Shown here one piece after another: positions 59,502 to 64,000 of a stretch of DNA of 64,000 bases. The position numbers and the translations under genes are program-made. The first letter of the stretch is position 1. The number at the start of each line of letters is the position of its first letter. Source of the DNA: an uncultured Nitrososphaerota archaeon (GTDB taxonomy: Archaea > Thermoproteota > Nitrososphaeria > Nitrososphaerales > Nitrosopumilaceae); the NCBI GenBank assembly GCA_963701075.1, contig OY969559.1, positions 288,001 through 352,000 of the forward strand. The letters run 5' to 3'. Under the pieces are notes generated by a model. It was not told where the DNA came from. It made no database searches and saw nothing but the letters and a program-made list of their open reading frames with translations.

Positions 59502-59572
59502 ATTCGCAAATTCAACCCTCCAGTCTATGAAGCTACCGAAAAATCATTATAGACTCTGGATTCTGAATTTCT

Positions 59573-60115
59573 ATGATGCGTACATTTGTAGCAGTAGAAG
59601 TTCACAGTAAAGATGTACTAGATGCAATAGCTAATCTACAAACAGATTTTGACATAAAGGCAAGTCCTGTTAGTAGACAAAACATGCACTTTACACTGCT
59701 TTTCCTCGGAGAGGTAACTGATGATACCGCAGAAGACGTAAAAAAATCACTTTCGAGTATTGTCTTTAGACCAATTGAATTGAGTTTTACTCATCTTGGT
59801 GCATTTCCAAATCCAAAATTTCCTCGAGTGATTTGGATTGGTGTGGATAAAGTTGCTTCTGAACAGCTTGTGGGACTTGCTGCTCAAGTCGAGAAAAAAC
59901 TTGCGCCCCTTGGATTCAAGTCAGACAAGCCATTCAAGCCCCATCTTACCATATTTAGAGTAAAGAACAAGATAGATGATATTTCAAAAAAGATAGAAAA
60001 ACACATGCAGGTAAGCCTTGGAAAAGATGTCATTTGTGAGCTAAAGTTCAAGAAAAGTGTCTTAACTTCAAATGGGCCAATATATTCTGATTTACAGGTG
60101 ATAAAGGTACAATGA
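59573..60115 (+). CDS. thpR: RNA 2',3'-cyclic phosphodiesterase / 2'-5' RNA ligase
   Basis: Two HxT motifs (HFTL, HLTI). Confidence 0.93.
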   Translation: MMRTFVAVEVHSKDVLDAIANLQTDFDIKASPVSRQNMHFTLLFLGEVTDDTAEDVKKSLSSIVFRPIELSFTHLGAFPNPKFPRVIWIGVDKVASEQLVGLAAQVEKKLAPLGFKSDKPFKPHLTIFRVKNKIDDISKKIEKHMQVSLGKDVICELKFKKSVLTSNGPIYSDLQVIKVQ

Positions 60116-61447
60116 CTCGCATCTTAGAGCAGGCAAGAAAGATCTCTGTTCCTACAAAAAAGGAAGAGGAAAAGATGAAGAAGCTAGCCGATTCCCTAGT
60201 AAAGCAGGTAAGAGATGAGGCCTCAAAATATTCTCAGGTCGTAACAGTGGAACTTGGAGGTTCTTATGCAAAGGGAACTTGGCTCAAGGGACAGATGGAC
60301 CTAGACATATTTGTCAAGCTAAAAACCGATACTGATGAAAAAACATTTGAGGATATTGGAAAGAAAATTGGCTTCAATTCCATGAAAAAACACAAGCCGT
60401 TTGTAAGATATTCTGAGCATCCATATGTAGAAGCAAAAGCGGAGGGGACTCGAGTAAACGTGGTACCGTGCTATGATGTAGAAAAGGGACAATGGAAGAG
60501 TGCAGCTGATAGATCTTCATTTCACACAAGATTCATTTTAGAAACATTTGATGAAAATAAAAAAAATGAGGTACGTCTTTTAAAAAAATTCCTAAGAGGT
60601 GCAGGAATTTATGGTGCAGAAATTGCTACAGAGGGCTTTGGTGGATATGTGGCAGAGGTTCTGGTATATCACTATGGAACATTTATGGGAGCTTTAGAGG
60701 CCGCATCAAACTTTGTTCAAGGTCAGATAGTAGGAAACCCGGCAAAGAAATTTGAGACAGCACTTGTACTAATTGACCCAGTTGACAGCAATCGAAATCT
60801 TGGTACGGCAATCTCTGGTCAAAATGTTGCAAAGTTTATTCTAGCTGCTAGATCATTTCTCAAAAAACCTTCAATTGCATTCTTTTCTGGCAAGAAAAGA
60901 AATCCTAATGCAAAGAATCTGAAAAATACAATAATTATAAAATTCAACTACAAAAGGCGAAGCCCAGATATAATTTGGGGACAGATAAAACGTAGCACAA
61001 CAGCATTAGCAGGCCAGCTTGAGCTTGGAGGGTTTGACGTTCTGCGTAAGAGTGCAATAACTGATGAAGAATCAGAAGCAGCTGATGATCTTCCTTCTTG
61101 ATTCACCTGTAATTGAAAAATTCATGGTCAAAAATGGTCCTGAGGTATACAGAAAGTCAGACTCGGAGCATTTCATTGCAAAAAATTCAAAGAACGTTAT
61201 GACCTGGGTTGATGACAGCGGAAAGGTCTTGTCCATGCAAGAAAGGGAATTCCATGATGCCAGAAAGTTCCTAGAGTCTCTCTTGAGAAAGAACTTGGCA
61301 AACTCTGGTGTGCCAAGCGGCATCATACCAGACATCAGGCGTGGCTTTAGGGTACTTTACGGAGACCAGCCAGTAAGCAAATCCATTAAAAAGGCATTGG
61401 CTGTGCTTACCTCTACCGATGGACTCGTCTTTAGTACCAACAAGTAA
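60112..61447 (+). CDS. cca: Archaeal CCA-adding enzyme; +1 frameshift near 61084
   Basis: GSYAKGTWL..DLDIF; YSEHPY; SAADRS; DPVDSNRN; the C-terminal ORF joins at EAA-MIFLLDS. Confidence 0.93.
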
Positions 61448-62186
61448 GCTTGGAAAGGAACCATATTCTCTTGTTTTAGGATATCCAAGAGCTACAAAAA
61501 AAGAACTTGAAAGAAGGGTTGCTGAGCTTAAAAAACTTGGAATTAAGAGTGTGTTATTTGAGGGTCCCACCATTCTAAATAACGTCCCTGTCTTAGGCAA
61601 GGGCTACGTCGGTGTTGTAGTAGTTGCCAACCAAGGCAAAAAAAAGGTGGCCCTCAAAATACGTCGAATAGATTCAAGTAGGGAAGAGATGCAAAGCGAA
61701 GCAAGATTTCTAAAGCTGGCAAACAAAGTAAATGTGGGTCCAAGAGTAATAGATAGCAGTAAAAATTTCATAGTAATGGAATACGTGGAAGGAAAAAAAA
61801 TAATTGATTGGGTAAGGGAGTTAAAGGGCAGGGGTAGCGCTGCAAAACTCAAAACTACAATACGAAAAGTATTGGAAGATTGCCATAATTTAGACAAGAC
61901 TCATCTTGATCATGGTGAGCTCAGTTACTTGCACAAGCATGTCATTGTAGGAAGATCTCCGTGCATAATCGATTTTGAAAGTGCAAGTGTAAACAGGAGA
62001 ACATCCAATGTAACCTCTGCAACTCAAGGCATCTTCATTGGATCGGGTCTTTCAAATATTGTTAAAAAAATCATAAAGGTTCCGAGCACAAAACACATGA
62101 TTGAATCTTTGAAAAAATACAAACATGCCCAGTCCCGCGAAAACTTTGATGATGTGCTAAGAGTATTGGGGTTACACAAAGTTTGA
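61419..62186 (+). CDS. RIO/Bud32-like Ser/Thr kinase
   Basis: LGKGYVGVV; ALKIRR; HGELS; IIDFESAS. Confidence 0.88.
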   Translation: MDSSLVPTSKLGKEPYSLVLGYPRATKKELERRVAELKKLGIKSVLFEGPTILNNVPVLGKGYVGVVVVANQGKKKVALKIRRIDSSREEMQSEARFLKLANKVNVGPRVIDSSKNFIVMEYVEGKKIIDWVRELKGRGSAAKLKTTIRKVLEDCHNLDKTHLDHGELSYLHKHVIVGRSPCIIDFESASVNRRTSNVTSATQGIFIGSGLSNIVKKIIKVPSTKHMIESLKKYKHAQSRENFDDVLRVLGLHKV

Positions 62187-63538
62187 GCTTGCAAAATATC
62201 AAAACAAATGCATTGAGACTCTCTTTGTGCATAATACTATCTGCCTTTGTGATAGAGATTCTTATTGGAATTTTATCAAACAGTCTTGCACTAGTCACCG
62301 ATAGTATTCATGCAGTACTTGATTCCGTGGTTACTGCGATACTGCTTGTAACAGCAAGATGGGCTGCAAAGCCACCTGACCGTGAACACACGTATGGTCA
62401 TGGAAAGATAGAGACCATGGGAAGTTTCATCGGCGGTATCATCATACTTATCATAGCTTGCTTTTTCATCTTTGAGTCAATCTCAAGATTGCAAGAGCCG
62501 CGGCCTGCTGTATTGCCAGGTATACTTGCAGTGGGTGCTGCTGTTTATACCCTATGTTCAGATTTTGCCAGAATTGCTATTTTATCCAAGGCATTGAAAA
62601 AAACAGAAGGCTCAGCACTGAGGGTTGATTTTTACCATGCCTTTATGGACATAGGTTCTACCTCAGTAGCTCTTGTAGGTATCGTGCTTGTCATGATGGG
62701 ATTCTATCAAGGCGACTTTGTTGCCGCATTGATACTAGGAGCTTTACTTGCTGCATTGAGCCTGAAACTCATCTACAAAAATGCAATGGAGCTTACCGAT
62801 GCCGTACCTGAAAGCATGGTAAAAACAGTTCATGACATAGTAGATGACACCGAAGGAGTCATGAAAACAGAGTCTGTACAGATACGAAGATCGGGAAGTG
62901 ATATTTTTGCCGAAGTTACAATATCTTTGAAGGGCACCTCAAGTTTTGAAGAAGCTCACAAGATAAGTGCAAATGTAGAAAAAAACATCAGAGACAACAT
63001 TGCAAACAGTAAGGTTACGGTGCATTTTGAGCCCACTTGGAAAGACGTACCAATTGATTATATCATAAATAATGCAGCTTCTTCGGTCAAGGGAGTGGAG
63101 GGTATTCACAACATAAGCTACACCACAAAGGACGGAATTTTTATCAGCTTACATGTATTGGTTGACCGAAACATGTCTCTTGAAGACGCTCATAAAGTCT
63201 CAGATGAGATTGAAGTCCAGATAAAAAAATCAGTTGAAAATGTAAACCATATTACAGTTCATCTTGAACCTTATGTATCGATTCCAAAAAGTGTTCCTGT
63301 AGAGGATCTGACAATTGAGGAACAGGTAGCGAACATCACCAAAGAATATCCAAGTGTTAAAAAAATTGGGCGAGTCATTACATTTCAGCTGCAAGATATT
63401 TTCAAGGTAGACATTGATTGTTCCTTTGATGGTAACCTTACAATAGAAGAAGTCCATGGCATTATCTCTGAAATAGAGTACAAGATAAAAAATCAAATTA
63501 AAAATGCCATAGTAACAATACATCCTGAACCAAGCTGA
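62183..63538 (+). CDS. Cation diffusion facilitator with three C-terminal metal-binding/dimerisation domains
   Basis: DSIHAVLD; HTYGHGKIE; three repeats ending HFEP/HLEP/HPEP. Confidence 0.92.
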   Translation: MSLQNIKTNALRLSLCIILSAFVIEILIGILSNSLALVTDSIHAVLDSVVTAILLVTARWAAKPPDREHTYGHGKIETMGSFIGGIIILIIACFFIFESISRLQEPRPAVLPGILAVGAAVYTLCSDFARIAILSKALKKTEGSALRVDFYHAFMDIGSTSVALVGIVLVMMGFYQGDFVAALILGALLAALSLKLIYKNAMELTDAVPESMVKTVHDIVDDTEGVMKTESVQIRRSGSDIFAEVTISLKGTSSFEEAHKISANVEKNIRDNIANSKVTVHFEPTWKDVPIDYIINNAASSVKGVEGIHNISYTTKDGIFISLHVLVDRNMSLEDAHKVSDEIEVQIKKSVENVNHITVHLEPYVSIPKSVPVEDLTIEEQVANITKEYPSVKKIGRVITFQLQDIFKVDIDCSFDGNLTIEEVHGIISEIEYKIKNQIKNAIVTIHPEPS

Positions 63539-63539
63539 T

Positions 63540-64000
63540 ATGGTATTACATGATGGGGTGAGGTTTCTCAAAAAAGACCCTATATTAGGAAAGATCATTG
63601 GTTCTGTGGGAGATTATTCGCTAAAGAAGAGAAATCATCACTTTGCAGTCTTGGTAGAATCCATAGTATCACAGCAACTTGCAACAAGGGCTGCTGAGGC
63701 AATCTTTTCTAGGTTCAAGGACATTTATCCAAAGTTTCCAACTGCGGCTGATATTCTTGCTACAAAAAAGTCTAAACTTCGCTCGGTGGGGCTTTCAAGC
63801 ATGAAGATAGAATACATCAAGGATTTGGCAAAAAAGGTAGACCAAGGAGAGATCAAGATGAGGACGTTGTCGAAGATGAGCGATGAGGAGGTGGTCTCAC
63901 ATTTAACACAAGTGAAAGGAATTGGAAGGTGGACTGCCGAGATGTTTCTCATATTCTCGCTTGGAAGACAAGACGTTCTGCCAGTTCATGATCTCGGGCT
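63540..64000 (+). CDS. alkA: DNA-3-methyladenine glycosylase (AlkA family), truncated by the window end
   Basis: Translated by hand from ATG 63540: LVESIVSQQL; VKGIGRWTAEMFLIFSLGRQDVLPVHDLG. Confidence 0.9.
   Translation, partial: MVLHDGVRFLKKDPILGKIIGSVGDYSLKKRNHHFAVLVESIVSQQLATRAAEAIFSRFKDIYPKFPTAADILATKKSKLRSVGLSSMKIEYIKDLAKKVDQGEIKMRTLSKMSDEEVVSHLTQVKGIGRWTAEMFLIFSLGRQDVLPVHDLG

Overview
AT-rich archaeal chromosome segment. The gene set (two ESCRT-III/CdvB paralogues, TFB, cbi cobalamin genes, aconitase-X pair, GPN GTPase, Rqc2/NEMF, archaeal CCA enzyme, queC/queE/folE, crotonase) points to an ammonia-oxidising Nitrososphaerota (Nitrosopumilales, Nitrosotalea-like); this is inferred from gene content and style. 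Most of 10.8-35 kb and 49.7-64 kb is housekeeping. Main accessory signals: (1) a 1-7.1 kb cluster of signal-peptide proteins with phage tail-fibre/tail-collar-like sequences, a giant LamG protein, a shared short motif and two orphan C-terminal fragments; (2) a tnpB-only element (9447-10764) with terminal inverted repeats and a 9-bp target-site duplication, which IS200/IS605 elements do not make; (3) a second, conventional IS605-type tnpB with an eroded tnpA, an intact IS5 and two IS5 remnants; (4) three candidate structured RNAs, an unannotated 36-aa C2H2 zinc-finger gene and a promoter motif shared by both cdvB paralogues. Six single-base insertions split five genes (rqc2 twice, sat, cca, an NHL protein, a membrane HTH protein); these are most likely assembly errors. 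All calls are by eye, with no database search.
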